DNA of 64,000 nt. Origin: Bacteroidia bacterium. GTDB lineage: Bacteria; Bacteroidota; Bacteroidia; AKYH767-A; OLB10. Made by a program: the position numbers and the translations under genes. The stretch covers positions 3,020-67,019 of the forward strand of contig JBGARN010000007.1 in NCBI GenBank assembly GCA_044230205.1. The letters run 5' to 3'. The notes beneath the pieces were generated by a model that was not told where the DNA came from, searched no databases, and saw only the letters and a program-made list of their open reading frames with translations. This document shows, piece by piece, positions 1-10,151 of the stretch. Numbering within the stretch: position 1 is the stretch's first letter; every line of letters starts with the position of its first letter.

Positions 1-1288
1 GATAGGTTGCTTTAACACGATCTTCTCCTTCCTCCATCATAAAATTAACATAAGCTCCTCCTGCCGAATATGGATGAAGTGCTTCCCAATACGCTTTAGT
101 CCATGTAGTGATTTTTTCAGAATTAGCCGGATCCGGATCGATGCCTACTATTACCATTGCCCATGTTGAATCACGATAACTCCAGGCAGTATCTTTGTTG
201 TTTATACGTGATGCTGCGCCATTGATGGGATATAAATGCATGGTTGAAAGCGGAGTCGGCATTGATTCACCAAAGGGCAAGTGTTTTTCTATAGCCTCAT
301 CGCTGAGCTCATTAACAAAATCAGCACGCCAGTACCATTGCAATCCGGGAGGTAATAAACCATCAAACAAACTTTGCAAAACAGGCTGAGGTATTGGACC
401 AACGAAATCAAGTGCTGGTTTTTTAAAAGCCCTTATTGGTTTGAATACTTCTTCTCCTTTATCAACAGGTCCAGTGTAGGACCAAACAATTCCGCACATT
501 TTTTTCAGGTGAAGATGTTCAGGGAAAGGTGGCCCCGGAGGAACAGTGAGGAAAGCAAAAAATCCATTCAGATCATCAGGTGCATTTTTGATCAATTCGC
601 GGTACCATTTCATCACTTCCCTTGCTTCACTCATTTCATACAGCATGGGCCCACCATATAACATAGAAACGGGGTGAAGTTTGAAAGTAAAAGCTGTTAT
701 AATTCCAAAATTTCCACCTCCACCTCTTATTGCCCAAAACAAATCCTGGTTTTGATTTGCATTGGCTGTTACAAAACTTCCATCAGCTAAAACCATATCT
801 GCTGATAAAAGATTGTCAATAGTAAGTCCACATTTGCGTGTAAGGTATCCTAGCCCTCCGCCTGTTGTTAATCCACCAACTCCTGTTGTGGAAATAATTC
901 CGCTTGGAGTAGCCATTCCGAATATGTGTGTTGCATGATCAATATCGCCCCAGGTACAACCACCACCTGCTGTTACTGTTTTGGCTTGCATATCCACCCG
1001 GGTGTATTTTATTGATGAAAGATCAATCACTAATCCATCATCACAAATCCCCAATCCACCAGCATTGTGACCTCCACTTCTTACCGACAATAGCAAGTTG
1101 TTCTCTCTTGCAAAATTTACTGACCTGATTACATCAGCAACATCTGCACAACGCACAATCATTCTTGGGCGTTTGCTGATCATTGCATTATATACTTTAC
1201 GCGCCTCATCAAATTCTTTATCGTGAGGTTCTATGAGTTTGCCTCTTAAAGAGGACTTTAATTCCTGAATTGAAGTTTCGCTTATCAT
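1..1288 (-). CDS. FAD-binding oxidoreductase (PCMH-type FAD-linked oxidase, BBE-like); C-terminal end runs off the window
   Basis: Absent from the ORF track because it is open at the window edge. My minus-strand translation from ATG at 1288-1286 reads MISETSIQELKSSLRGKLIEPHDKEFDEARKVYNAMISKRPRMIVRCADVADVIRSVNFARENNLLLSVRSGGHNAGG...LFWAIRGGGGNFGIITAFTFKLHPV and stays open to nt 1. This is the FAD_binding_4 type signature. Confidence 0.8.
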   Translation of the reverse strand, partial: MISETSIQELKSSLRGKLIEPHDKEFDEARKVYNAMISKRPRMIVRCADVADVIRSVNFARENNLLLSVRSGGHNAGGLGICDDGLVIDLSSIKYTRVDMQAKTVTAGGGCTWGDIDHATHIFGMATPSGIISTTGVGGLTTGGGLGYLTRKCGLTIDNLLSADMVLADGSFVTANANQNQDLFWAIRGGGGNFGIITAFTFKLHPVSMLYGGPMLYEMSEAREVMKWYRELIKNAPDDLNGFFAFLTVPPGPPFPEHLHLKKMCGIVWSYTGPVDKGEEVFKPIRAFKKPALDFVGPIPQPVLQSLFDGLLPPGLQWYWRADFVNELSDEAIEKHLPFGESMPTPLSTMHLYPINGAASRINNKDTAWSYRDSTWAMVIVGIDPDPANSEKITTWTKAYWEALHPYSAGGAYVNFMMEEGEDRVKATY

Positions 1289-1425
1289 AATGGTATTATT
1301 TGCAGGTAAAGATGATGTTCATTATAAGCATCGTCAATACCATAATGATGTGACTTGCACAGAAAAAAACTGCACTCAATTATTTAAGGAAAACCAAATA
1401 TTTTATCATCATTGGCAATAAAAAT

Positions 1426-1433
1426 TATATTTG
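1426..1433 (+). promoter_or_regulatory. Candidate Bacteroidota -7 box (TATATTTG, matches TAnnTTTG)
   Basis: Exact TAnnTTTG match 35 nt upstream of the 1468 start codon. No well-spaced -33 TTG was seen. Confidence 0.25.
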
Positions 1434-1467
1434 CTTTTAACCTGACTGTGCAATTAAATAACAGACT

Positions 1468-3987
1468 ATGAAGAACATTTTTACATTATTCGCTATCTTA
1501 ATCAGTATTTCATTGCATGCCCAACATGCCAAGTGGAAGGTAAACATGGATGCTCAAAAAGTATTTATTGAAAACAAATCACAGTTTGACGAACCCAATA
1601 ATTTTCCCGGCTCAACTATTTTGTTTGCAACTGAAGACGGCCCGGCACAAGTTATCTTTACAAAAAACGGGCTGACTTATCGTCTTGAGAAAAGAGAGCG
1701 TGTAAAAATTGATGAGGATAAAGAAAGAGAAGGAGGAATGAGCCATGAAGAAATTGAAAAGTCAGAGCATGAAGCAATAATAACTTCTGATGTTATTCAC
1801 ATGCAATGGAAAAATTCAAATCCTGATGCAGAAATTGTAGCATTAAATCCTGTGGAACATCATTACAATTATAAGGGAAAGAGCAACAGCATCAATGCAA
1901 GAGCTTTTCAGAAATTAATTTATAAGAATCTTTATTCCAACATAGATGTAGAATATGTTTTTCATCCTGATAAAGGAATTGAATACAATTTTATTTTACA
2001 CCCAGGTGCTGATGCAACACAAATTCAAATGCTTTACAGCGATGTTTCCAATATGTATCTCGATAATGAGAAGAATCTTCATCTGCCAACTTTATTTGGT
2101 GATATTATTGAATATGCACCACAAACATATTACGCAACCAGCCATGATGTAATTTCTTCTCAGTTTGAGCTGAATGAAAAAACGGTTTCGTTTAAACTTG
2201 CTGATTACAATACTTCGCAAGAGGTAGTTATTGATCCCTGGATTGTTACCCCATCAATGCCAAACTCCAACCGTATTTTCTGCATCGAAGCTGACAGCAG
2301 CGGAAATGCTTATATCTACGGAGGTGATTCTCCTTTCAAATTGCAGAAGTATAATATCAGTGGTGCGCTGCAATGGACTTTTACAAATGGCTGGGACTCT
2401 TCAGCATATTGGTTTGGCACGCTAATAGTTGACCGTGCGGGTAATTCGTATATAACAGGAGGTACACCACCTGATATAACAAAAGTGAACACATCAGGCG
2501 GACAGGTGTGGACCAACTCAGGTGGTTTTGCCGATGAATACTGGAGTATGGCTTTTAACTGTGATGAAACTCAGTTGCTGATCGGTGGCACTCGTCTTAC
2601 CGGTTTTCCTATTATCACGGGTTCGGGCAGGGCATATACCATCAATCTTTCTAATGGTGCTGTGCTTAACAGTGTAAAGGTTAGCGATGCAACACCCTCA
2701 TTTATCATTAATGATGCTAATGAAATACGCTCAGTTTGTTCATCTCCTGATGGTAATTATTATTTTATCACGCTTGACACGATTGGTTCACTTACACAAG
2801 GGCTTGCGATTAACTGGAGGTCTTTAAGTGGTTACAGGTTTGGTTATGGAAGCCCTGATTATGGATTTACACCTCAGGGCCAGAACATTATTCGGGCAAC
2901 TGCAACACATCTCTATACAGCAAATGGCGATTCAATTGTGAAACGAGATATTAATACCGGGATTGTGGTAGCTGCTGCAACTATTCCGGGAGGTGGGCAT
3001 GCAACCACATTTTTTGTACCGGGCACATTACCCAAAAACGGAGGAATGGCAATTGATGCTTGCGGAAACATATACGTTGGTTCACAACAAAACGTAGCTA
3101 AATTTGATGTTAGCCTGAATTTTATTTCTTCCACAACTACTCCTTCAGCAGTGTATGATGTTGCCATCGGTAAAAACGGAGATGTGCTTGCATGCGGAAA
3201 TGGTTTTGCAACAGCACTTAATTTTCCGGCATGCGGGCAGTTGCCAGTAACATGTGGAACAGCAACAATAGCGGCATTTGCAAGCAGTGATACTTCTTTT
3301 TGCGAAAAGCAGTGCATTGATTTTTTTGACCTGAGCACCAATAATCCCACATCATGGCAATGGACATTTACCGGTGCTGTGCCACCAACGGACACAGTTC
3401 AAAACCCAACCAATATTTGTTACAATAATTATGGAAGTTTTGATGTGCAACTGATTGCCTGCAATGCGTCAGGATGTGATACAATTTTACTTGCTAATTT
3501 TATTAATGAACTCCCGCAGCCGGCACCACCCGTTATAACAATTAGTGGTGACACCCTTACAAGTTCGCCTGCTGTTGCATATCAATGGTATTTAATTCCT
3601 AATGCCATACCAGGAGCCATTTCACAATCTTATATAACCACACAACCGGGTACGTATTACGTGATAACTACCGATACTAATGGTTGCATTTCTGTTTCTG
3701 ATACCATTGCCATTACCGGTTTAATTAATCATAACGGTGAAAGCGGGTTTGTGATTTCTCCAAATCCTGCAAATGATGAAATTGAAATTACTTATCCGAA
3801 GCAAATCAAAGGCGAAACAGAATTGAAGTTAATTGATGCATCAGGCAGAATTTTATTTCACCAAGTTGAAGCACAACCATCAATATATACTAGGATTAAA
3901 TCAGGTAACCTTAATAGCGGAATCTATTACATACAAATTATTGCTGATGATAAACAGATGGTGTTTAAAGTGGTAATTGAAAAGTAA
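1468..3987 (+). CDS. Secreted beta-propeller (SBBP-like repeat) protein with PKD domain and T9SS C-terminal sorting domain
   Basis: Signal peptide MKNIFTLFAILISISLHAQ. Repeated GNxYxTG motifs. PKD-like block FCEKQCIDFFDLSTNNPTSWQWTFTGAVP...GSFDVQLIACNASGCDT. C-terminal ISPNPANDEIEI...GIYYIQIIADDKQMVFKVVIEK is a T9SS CTD. Confidence 0.8.
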   Translation: MKNIFTLFAILISISLHAQHAKWKVNMDAQKVFIENKSQFDEPNNFPGSTILFATEDGPAQVIFTKNGLTYRLEKRERVKIDEDKEREGGMSHEEIEKSEHEAIITSDVIHMQWKNSNPDAEIVALNPVEHHYNYKGKSNSINARAFQKLIYKNLYSNIDVEYVFHPDKGIEYNFILHPGADATQIQMLYSDVSNMYLDNEKNLHLPTLFGDIIEYAPQTYYATSHDVISSQFELNEKTVSFKLADYNTSQEVVIDPWIVTPSMPNSNRIFCIEADSSGNAYIYGGDSPFKLQKYNISGALQWTFTNGWDSSAYWFGTLIVDRAGNSYITGGTPPDITKVNTSGGQVWTNSGGFADEYWSMAFNCDETQLLIGGTRLTGFPIITGSGRAYTINLSNGAVLNSVKVSDATPSFIINDANEIRSVCSSPDGNYYFITLDTIGSLTQGLAINWRSLSGYRFGYGSPDYGFTPQGQNIIRATATHLYTANGDSIVKRDINTGIVVAAATIPGGGHATTFFVPGTLPKNGGMAIDACGNIYVGSQQNVAKFDVSLNFISSTTTPSAVYDVAIGKNGDVLACGNGFATALNFPACGQLPVTCGTATIAAFASSDTSFCEKQCIDFFDLSTNNPTSWQWTFTGAVPPTDTVQNPTNICYNNYGSFDVQLIACNASGCDTILLANFINELPQPAPPVITISGDTLTSSPAVAYQWYLIPNAIPGAISQSYITTQPGTYYVITTDTNGCISVSDTIAITGLINHNGESGFVISPNPANDEIEITYPKQIKGETELKLIDASGRILFHQVEAQPSIYTRIKSGNLNSGIYYIQIIADDKQMVFKVVIEK

Positions 3988-4309
3988 GTATTTGTATAAC
4001 AACTTTTCCTGGATAATTGAAGTATAAAGCATACGATGAAAGAACCTTAATGAATGATAGTATTTGGACAGATATAAATGGCTATACTAAATTTCAAAAA
4101 AACAGACATCATTATTTCTAATTTACCAGATTCACTATTGATTAAAAGAATCCGGTAACATTATTAAAAATCAGCTGCGGATCAACTTATGAATTGGTGA
4201 CCGATAAATTTGTCTGCATATTGAGGAAAAATTCAGGCAAAGAATAAGGTAGAAATTGATATGTATAGGGTGCTGAAAATTTAATGACGAATTCGCATTT
4301 AAAATTAGT

Positions 4310-6244
4310 ATGAAAAAAAAATTATTATTTACGATAATACTTTTCTCTTTGTCTTGCCAGCATTTTAGCTTTTCACAGAACCTTCAGTTTGTGGACTCGC
4401 TACTGGCAGCTTTAGGAAATGCCAATCATGATACCTCCAAAGCTGCCATTTTAAATGAACTTGCCAGGACCTATTTTACTAATGACAACGACAAATCTCT
4501 GCAATATGCAAATGAGGCTTTTAATGTTTCTGAGAAAGCGGGCTATAAACCGGGAATGGGAAATGCATATTCAAATATCGGCCGGGTTTATCTGAACAGG
4601 GATAATTATCCTGAAGCATTTAAAAATTTGAGTTTAGCCATCAAAGTAAAAAATGAGATAGGAGACAAAATAGGGACAATTAAGTGTTATGTTTCACTTG
4701 GACATGTTTATTTAGGACAAGGTAATTTTGCAGAAGCGCTTAAGAACTATTTTGAAGCTATAAGAATCAATGAAGCACATGGTAATGTTTATTCAAAAGA
4801 TGATTTATACCAATGGATTGCACTGGTATATAGTGAGGAAGGAAATTATCCTGAAGCGCTGAGATATTATATTGAATCAATAGAAATTGCAGAAGCAGAA
4901 GGAAAAAAAGATGCACTCGCTACGTTATATCTCAATATAGCTGATACGTACATGCATTTAAAAATCTATACCAAAGCCTTAAGCTATAATTTAAGTGCAT
5001 TACAGTTGGCAGAAGAGCTAGGCCAAATACAGGAAAAGGCTACTGCGATGGGGCAGATAGGAGCCGTTTATAAAGCGCAGGCACAATATTCAAAGGCATT
5101 GGATTATTTATTTCCAAGCTTAACTATTGCAAAAGAAGAGGGGCTAAAACAATTACAGATTACAGTTTTAAATGATATAGGAAGTACTTATTTGTTTCAA
5201 AGAAAATATAATGATGCCCATGTATACCTTGAGAAAGGATTATCAATTTCAAAGGAAATTGGTAGCATAGATAACATAAGTGAAAGTTATTTGCGCCTTG
5301 CCCAGTTGGACAGCACTCGTGGAAACTGCCTCAAATCAATGGAAGCATATAAAATGCATATCATCTATCGTGATAGTGCTTTTAATTTGGCAAGCGCCAG
5401 AAAGTTAGTGCAGGCTCAAATGCAATATGAGATTGATAAAAAAGAAATGTTGCAAAAAACTGAACAGCAAAGGAAGGATGTAATTGCCAGGAAAAATTTA
5501 CAAAGACAAAAATTGGTTCGTAATGTTTTGATTGGTGGATTTACGGTGGTGTTACTTTTTGCAATAGTGTTTTTCGTTCAACGAAATAAAATCAGGAAAG
5601 AGAAGAAGCGTAGTGATGAATTGCTGCTCAATATTCTGCCCGAAGAAGTTGCAGAAGAACTGAAAGCGAAAGGAAGTGCAGATGCCAAACAATTTGACGA
5701 AGTAACTGTAATGTTTACTGATTTTAAAGATTTCACACAAATTTCTGAAAAATTATCCCCGGCCGAGTTAGTTGCTGTGATACACACCTGTTTTAAAGCA
5801 TTTGATAACATTATAGCTAAACATAACATCGAAAAAATTAAAACCATTGGCGACAGTTACATGTGTGCCGGTGGTCTGCCGGTAAGCAATAAAACTAATG
5901 CCGTAGATGTAGTAAGTGCAGCATTGGAAATTCAAAAATTTATGCAACAACATTTACAACAGCGAAAATTGGAAGGCAAGGAGCTTTTCGAAATCAGGAT
6001 TGGCATTCATACCGGAACTGTTGTAGCAGGAATAGTGGGCGTGAGAAAGTTCGCTTACGATATATGGGGCGATACTGTTAATACTGCATCCCGAATGGAA
6101 TCGAGTGGTGAGGCAGGAAAGGTGAACATAAGCGGTTCAACGTATGAATTAGTAAAAGAAAAATTCAATTGCATTCATCGCGGGAAAATTGAAGCAAAGC
6201 ACAAAGGAGAGATTGATATGTACTTTGTGAATGAAAAAATCTGA
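4310..6244 (+). CDS. TPR-repeat, membrane-anchored class III adenylate/guanylate cyclase
   Basis: Signal/anchor, then multiple TPR-like YxxAL repeats, a TM segment VLIGGFTVVLLFAIVFFV, and a cyclase catalytic domain VTVMFTDFKDF...IKTIGDSYMCAGGLP...IRIGIHTGTVVAGIVG...YDIWGDTVNTASRMES. Confidence 0.85.
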   Translation: MKKKLLFTIILFSLSCQHFSFSQNLQFVDSLLAALGNANHDTSKAAILNELARTYFTNDNDKSLQYANEAFNVSEKAGYKPGMGNAYSNIGRVYLNRDNYPEAFKNLSLAIKVKNEIGDKIGTIKCYVSLGHVYLGQGNFAEALKNYFEAIRINEAHGNVYSKDDLYQWIALVYSEEGNYPEALRYYIESIEIAEAEGKKDALATLYLNIADTYMHLKIYTKALSYNLSALQLAEELGQIQEKATAMGQIGAVYKAQAQYSKALDYLFPSLTIAKEEGLKQLQITVLNDIGSTYLFQRKYNDAHVYLEKGLSISKEIGSIDNISESYLRLAQLDSTRGNCLKSMEAYKMHIIYRDSAFNLASARKLVQAQMQYEIDKKEMLQKTEQQRKDVIARKNLQRQKLVRNVLIGGFTVVLLFAIVFFVQRNKIRKEKKRSDELLLNILPEEVAEELKAKGSADAKQFDEVTVMFTDFKDFTQISEKLSPAELVAVIHTCFKAFDNIIAKHNIEKIKTIGDSYMCAGGLPVSNKTNAVDVVSAALEIQKFMQQHLQQRKLEGKELFEIRIGIHTGTVVAGIVGVRKFAYDIWGDTVNTASRMESSGEAGKVNISGSTYELVKEKFNCIHRGKIEAKHKGEIDMYFVNEKI

Positions 6245-6357
6245 ACACATTTCAGGGACGAAAGAATAAACTTTACTCCTGCTGGTTTAATACTCCGTTA
6301 ATCATAGAATTCAGGTTATGGTGATGAAACATTTGAATGTGTAACTTCGTTACCGGA

Positions 6358-9300
6358 ATGAAATCCTTATTTAAAATAATTTTTCTTTTCATTTTATCCG
6401 GGTATTGCATTGCGCAACCTGCGAATATTTCATTCCAGCATTTTAATGCAGAAAATGGCTTATCTTCTAACCTGGTAAGGCATATCATTCAGGATAAGTA
6501 TGGTTTTTTATGGATAGGCACCACTGATGGTTTAAACCGTTTTGATGGAAAGAATTTTACAGTTTATCGTAATGTTAAAGATGATTCGACTTCCATCAGC
6601 AACAATATTATTAATGGATTATGTGTAGATAGTTCGGGAAAAGTATGGATTGCAACCAATGGTGGTTTATGCTATTATGATTATACCGATGATATTTTTC
6701 ATAACATAAGTATAAATAAGGAAAATGCTGATCCTGCTGATCCAAAAAGAATTTATAAGGTAGCAATAGACAAAAACAATTGTATTTGGTACATCACCAA
6801 AACAATGTTGCATGTTATTAATAATGGTAACACAATAACCACCTATAGGGTTAAAAGTGACGAACTGGGCGAAATTAACTCACTGACCATTGATAGTGAA
6901 AACAGGATTTGGATCGGAACAAATAAGGGGAAGCTGTTATTGTTTGACAGGTTGAATAAAAGATTTAAATCCTTTAATATATATTGTCCTGCCAGTGCTA
7001 ATAAAAAAGGATTACCGGTGGCCGTTGTAAAAATATTTCAGGTTGAAAAAGATAAATTATTAGCCGGAACCTGGTATTCAGGATTGCAGCAGGTTGATAT
7101 ATCACCTGATGGAGTTCAGCTTAGCGCTTACGAGGATACGAGTATTGCAGATGACAGGAAATGGATTATTACCTCAATGGCAAAATCAAATGATACACCC
7201 GGGCTTTTTTGGATTTCGCATTATGGATGTGGCCTTTCCATGTTGGATATTAATTCAGGTAATTTTATTCTTCATAAAAGACATGATCCGTCAGATGCAA
7301 AAAGTTTATGCCATGATTTTGTGAATGTGGTTTTTACTGATAATTCAGGAACCCTTTGGGTGGGTACTGATGAAGGGCTCGATAAGTATGATGAGTTATC
7401 TAACCGCTTCTCTATACGCCTGATTCCTGAATTTAACCAGGCCGGAACCGTCAGGCGCTTTCCCAATGACATTATAGAGAATATAAATGATTCAACACAT
7501 CAGTCGCTTTGGATAAGCGTTTCGGGGGCAGGATTATTTAACTACTCAAGACTTGACGGCAGCGTTAAATCATTTCATCATTCCACTAACCGGAATTCAC
7601 TTCTAAGCGATTACATTTATAGTCTTTACATGACAAAAGATGGACTATTATGGATTGGAACTCTTGATGGAGTATGCACTTATGATGAAAAGAAAGGTGT
7701 ATTTGAAACTATCGCTAAAAAAAATTCGGCCGAGCAGCCTAAGTCAGTAGGGTCAATTATAGAGGATAGGCAACACAGGTTATGGTTTGGCTCCTTGCGC
7801 AACGGAGTGTATTGCTACAATCGCGGGACAAAAGAAATAATACACTATACACATGACGATAATGATCCTCATTCATTAGTTGAGAATCGTGTATTTTGTA
7901 TTACAGAGGACCATCTTGGACGAATATGGGCGGGAACACAAACCAATGGGATTAGCAGGTTAGATGAAGCAACATCAACATGGAAACATTATAAGCACAA
8001 AGCGGACGCAAGCAATACCATTCCTGAAAATTTTATTTATTCATTTCTTGAGGATGAAGACAATCAATTATGGATTGCAACTGAAAATGGTTTAGGTGTT
8101 ATGGATTTGAAAACAGAAAATGTAAAATCTTTTTCGACTGCAGATGGCTTATGTAACAATGACATTTTTTCATTTCAAAAAACATCTAATAATCATTTAT
8201 GGATTGCTACTACTAACGGATTGAGTGATTTCGACTTATCGAATAAAACTTTCAGGAATTATTACACCATGGACGGATTGCCCACCAACAGCATTAGCGG
8301 GGCCTTCAGCAGTATGAGTGACGGAACTATTTTTGCAGGGGTGTCGGGAGGAATTTTTTTCTTTAACCCAACTGAAATAAAAAGTAACACAAAAATTCCT
8401 GAAGTGGTAATAACCACTTTCAGCATCTTCGATAAAAAGTACCCTCTCAGCAGGATTGGAATTCAAATTCAACCAATAAAATTAAATTATGCTCAAAGCA
8501 TGATCACATTCGGGTTTGCTGCATTAAACTTTACTAATCCCGGTAATAATATGTACGCATACAAGTTGGAGGGTTTTGATAAAGACTGGATCTACTGCGG
8601 TAACCGGACATCTGCTACTTATACTAATCTTGATGGTGGCGATTATGTTTTCAGGGTAATAGCATGTAATAATGATGGTGTGTGGAATAGAAACGGAGCT
8701 TCTGTTATTCTTTCTGTAACACCTCCGTTTTGGAAAACAATCTGGTTTTATGCAATTGTAATTATTGCAATTGCATCAATACTTTTTGCCGTTTATAGAA
8801 TTCGTATTAACCAGATTATGCGATTGCAGAATATAAGGCAACGTATTGCCCGCGACTTACATGATGATATAGGTTCTACCTTGAGCAGTATTTCGATGAT
8901 GAGTAAGATGGCTAACAATAGTTCGGCCTCTTATGATAAATCTGCTGAGTTGTTTTCAACTATTGGGAAAGCATCTTCACTGGCAATGGATTTGATGAGT
9001 GACATTGTCTGGTCTGTAAATCCTGAAAATGATAAAATGGAAAATATTATTTCGCGCATGCGTGAATATGCCTCGGTTATTTTAGATGCTGCCGGAATTG
9101 AATTTTCAATTGAAATTGATGAACATGCCAGGCATATTGTATTGCCTATGGAGAAGCGAAAGGATTTTTTCCTGGTGTTTAAGGAAGCAATAAACAACCT
9201 TGCAAAATATTCTCAGGCTACCACTGCAGCTATAAGGCTTTCTGAGGATAATCGAAGTCTTATTTTATTGATAAAAGATAATGGCAAAGGATTTAATTCA

Positions 9301-9432
9301 GACATGAAATATTCAGGAAATGGATTGAAGAACATGAAAGCACGCGCAGAGCAGCTTAGTGGGAAATTCGAAATCAATTCAAAAATAAATGAAGGCACCC
9401 AGGTTGTGCTTTCTATTCCTCTTGTACCATAA
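6358..9432 (+). CDS. Sensor histidine kinase with periplasmic two-component-regulator propeller repeats and Y_Y_Y domain (HisKA_3 / HATPase_c)
   Basis: Start moved to the ATG at 6358 (MKSLFKIIFLFILSGYCIAQ signal). Repeated WIGTxxGL propeller motifs. YAYKLEGFDKDWIYCG is a Y_Y_Y motif. One TM segment, then RIARDLHDDIGSTLS (H-box) and an ATPase domain NGKGF...GNGLKNM. Confidence 0.85.
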   Translation: MKSLFKIIFLFILSGYCIAQPANISFQHFNAENGLSSNLVRHIIQDKYGFLWIGTTDGLNRFDGKNFTVYRNVKDDSTSISNNIINGLCVDSSGKVWIATNGGLCYYDYTDDIFHNISINKENADPADPKRIYKVAIDKNNCIWYITKTMLHVINNGNTITTYRVKSDELGEINSLTIDSENRIWIGTNKGKLLLFDRLNKRFKSFNIYCPASANKKGLPVAVVKIFQVEKDKLLAGTWYSGLQQVDISPDGVQLSAYEDTSIADDRKWIITSMAKSNDTPGLFWISHYGCGLSMLDINSGNFILHKRHDPSDAKSLCHDFVNVVFTDNSGTLWVGTDEGLDKYDELSNRFSIRLIPEFNQAGTVRRFPNDIIENINDSTHQSLWISVSGAGLFNYSRLDGSVKSFHHSTNRNSLLSDYIYSLYMTKDGLLWIGTLDGVCTYDEKKGVFETIAKKNSAEQPKSVGSIIEDRQHRLWFGSLRNGVYCYNRGTKEIIHYTHDDNDPHSLVENRVFCITEDHLGRIWAGTQTNGISRLDEATSTWKHYKHKADASNTIPENFIYSFLEDEDNQLWIATENGLGVMDLKTENVKSFSTADGLCNNDIFSFQKTSNNHLWIATTNGLSDFDLSNKTFRNYYTMDGLPTNSISGAFSSMSDGTIFAGVSGGIFFFNPTEIKSNTKIPEVVITTFSIFDKKYPLSRIGIQIQPIKLNYAQSMITFGFAALNFTNPGNNMYAYKLEGFDKDWIYCGNRTSATYTNLDGGDYVFRVIACNNDGVWNRNGASVILSVTPPFWKTIWFYAIVIIAIASILFAVYRIRINQIMRLQNIRQRIARDLHDDIGSTLSSISMMSKMANNSSASYDKSAELFSTIGKASSLAMDLMSDIVWSVNPENDKMENIISRMREYASVILDAAGIEFSIEIDEHARHIVLPMEKRKDFFLVFKEAINNLAKYSQATTAAIRLSEDNRSLILLIKDNGKGFNSDMKYSGNGLKNMKARAEQLSGKFEINSKINEGTQVVLSIPLVP

Positions 9433-9496
9433 TGATGTGATTGTATAAACTCATCAGCTAAATAGCTTTGTGAAATAATTTTAAACAAATATTTTC

Positions 9497-10135
9497 ATGC
9501 AACCCGGAATCGTAATTTATGAAGACAATATTTTTCTGCGTGAAAGCATATCGCAATTAATTTCCGGCTCCGGAAAATTCAGGCTGCTTGGTGCATTTGA
9601 AAATTGTAATCATATCTCCATTGATATGCAAAGCCTGAGGCCTGATGTGGTGCTTATGGATATTGAAATGGCAGGTACTGATGGATTGGAGGGATTAAAG
9701 CTTATCCGTAAGCTATCATCAACTATACAGGTTATTATGCTTACAGTATTTGATGATAATGACAGGGTGGTGCAAGCAATATGTGCCGGTGCTTCGGGCT
9801 ACCTGCTAAAAAATACAGAACCTGAAAAATTACTTGAAGCAATAAATGATGTATTAAGCGGTGGGGCACCAATGACACCTTCAATTGCCCGAAAAGTTTT
9901 GCAGCTCTTTCCAAAAACACCTGTTACAGGTGATGAAATGAACAAACTCTCAATCAGGGAGCAGGAGGTGCTTCAGCTTCTTGCCAGTGGCAACAGTTAT
10001 AAAATGATTGCATCAAAGTGTGCAATAAGTGTTGAAACAGTGCGCACTTACATTAAGCGTATTTATGAAAAGTTGCAGGTGCATTCAGCTACCGAAGCCA
10101 TTGCAAAAATTTATCCGTTTCAAAAGAGTAAATAA
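9497..10135 (+). CDS. Response regulator, NarL/LuxR family (REC + LuxR HTH)
   Basis: REC domain with DVVLMDIEMAGTDG. C-terminal LSIREQEVLQLLASGNSYKMIASKCAISVETVRTYIKRIYEKL. Lies 64 nt downstream of the kinase. Confidence 0.9.
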   Translation: MQPGIVIYEDNIFLRESISQLISGSGKFRLLGAFENCNHISIDMQSLRPDVVLMDIEMAGTDGLEGLKLIRKLSSTIQVIMLTVFDDNDRVVQAICAGASGYLLKNTEPEKLLEAINDVLSGGAPMTPSIARKVLQLFPKTPVTGDEMNKLSIREQEVLQLLASGNSYKMIASKCAISVETVRTYIKRIYEKLQVHSATEAIAKIYPFQKSK

Positions 10136-10151
10136 ACCCATCACCTGTTTA

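Noticed and set aside
195-1128. Three short + strand ORFs (195-389, 374-661, 928-1128)
   Set aside because: They lie antisense to a continuous, well-supported FAD-oxidase reading frame on the minus strand.
2913-3395. 160-aa minus-strand ORF, and similar long antisense ORFs at 15782-16174, 32357-32794, 58563-59018 and 23618-23974
   Set aside because: All are nested opposite strongly supported genes. They have odd composition and no motifs, so they are shadow ORFs.
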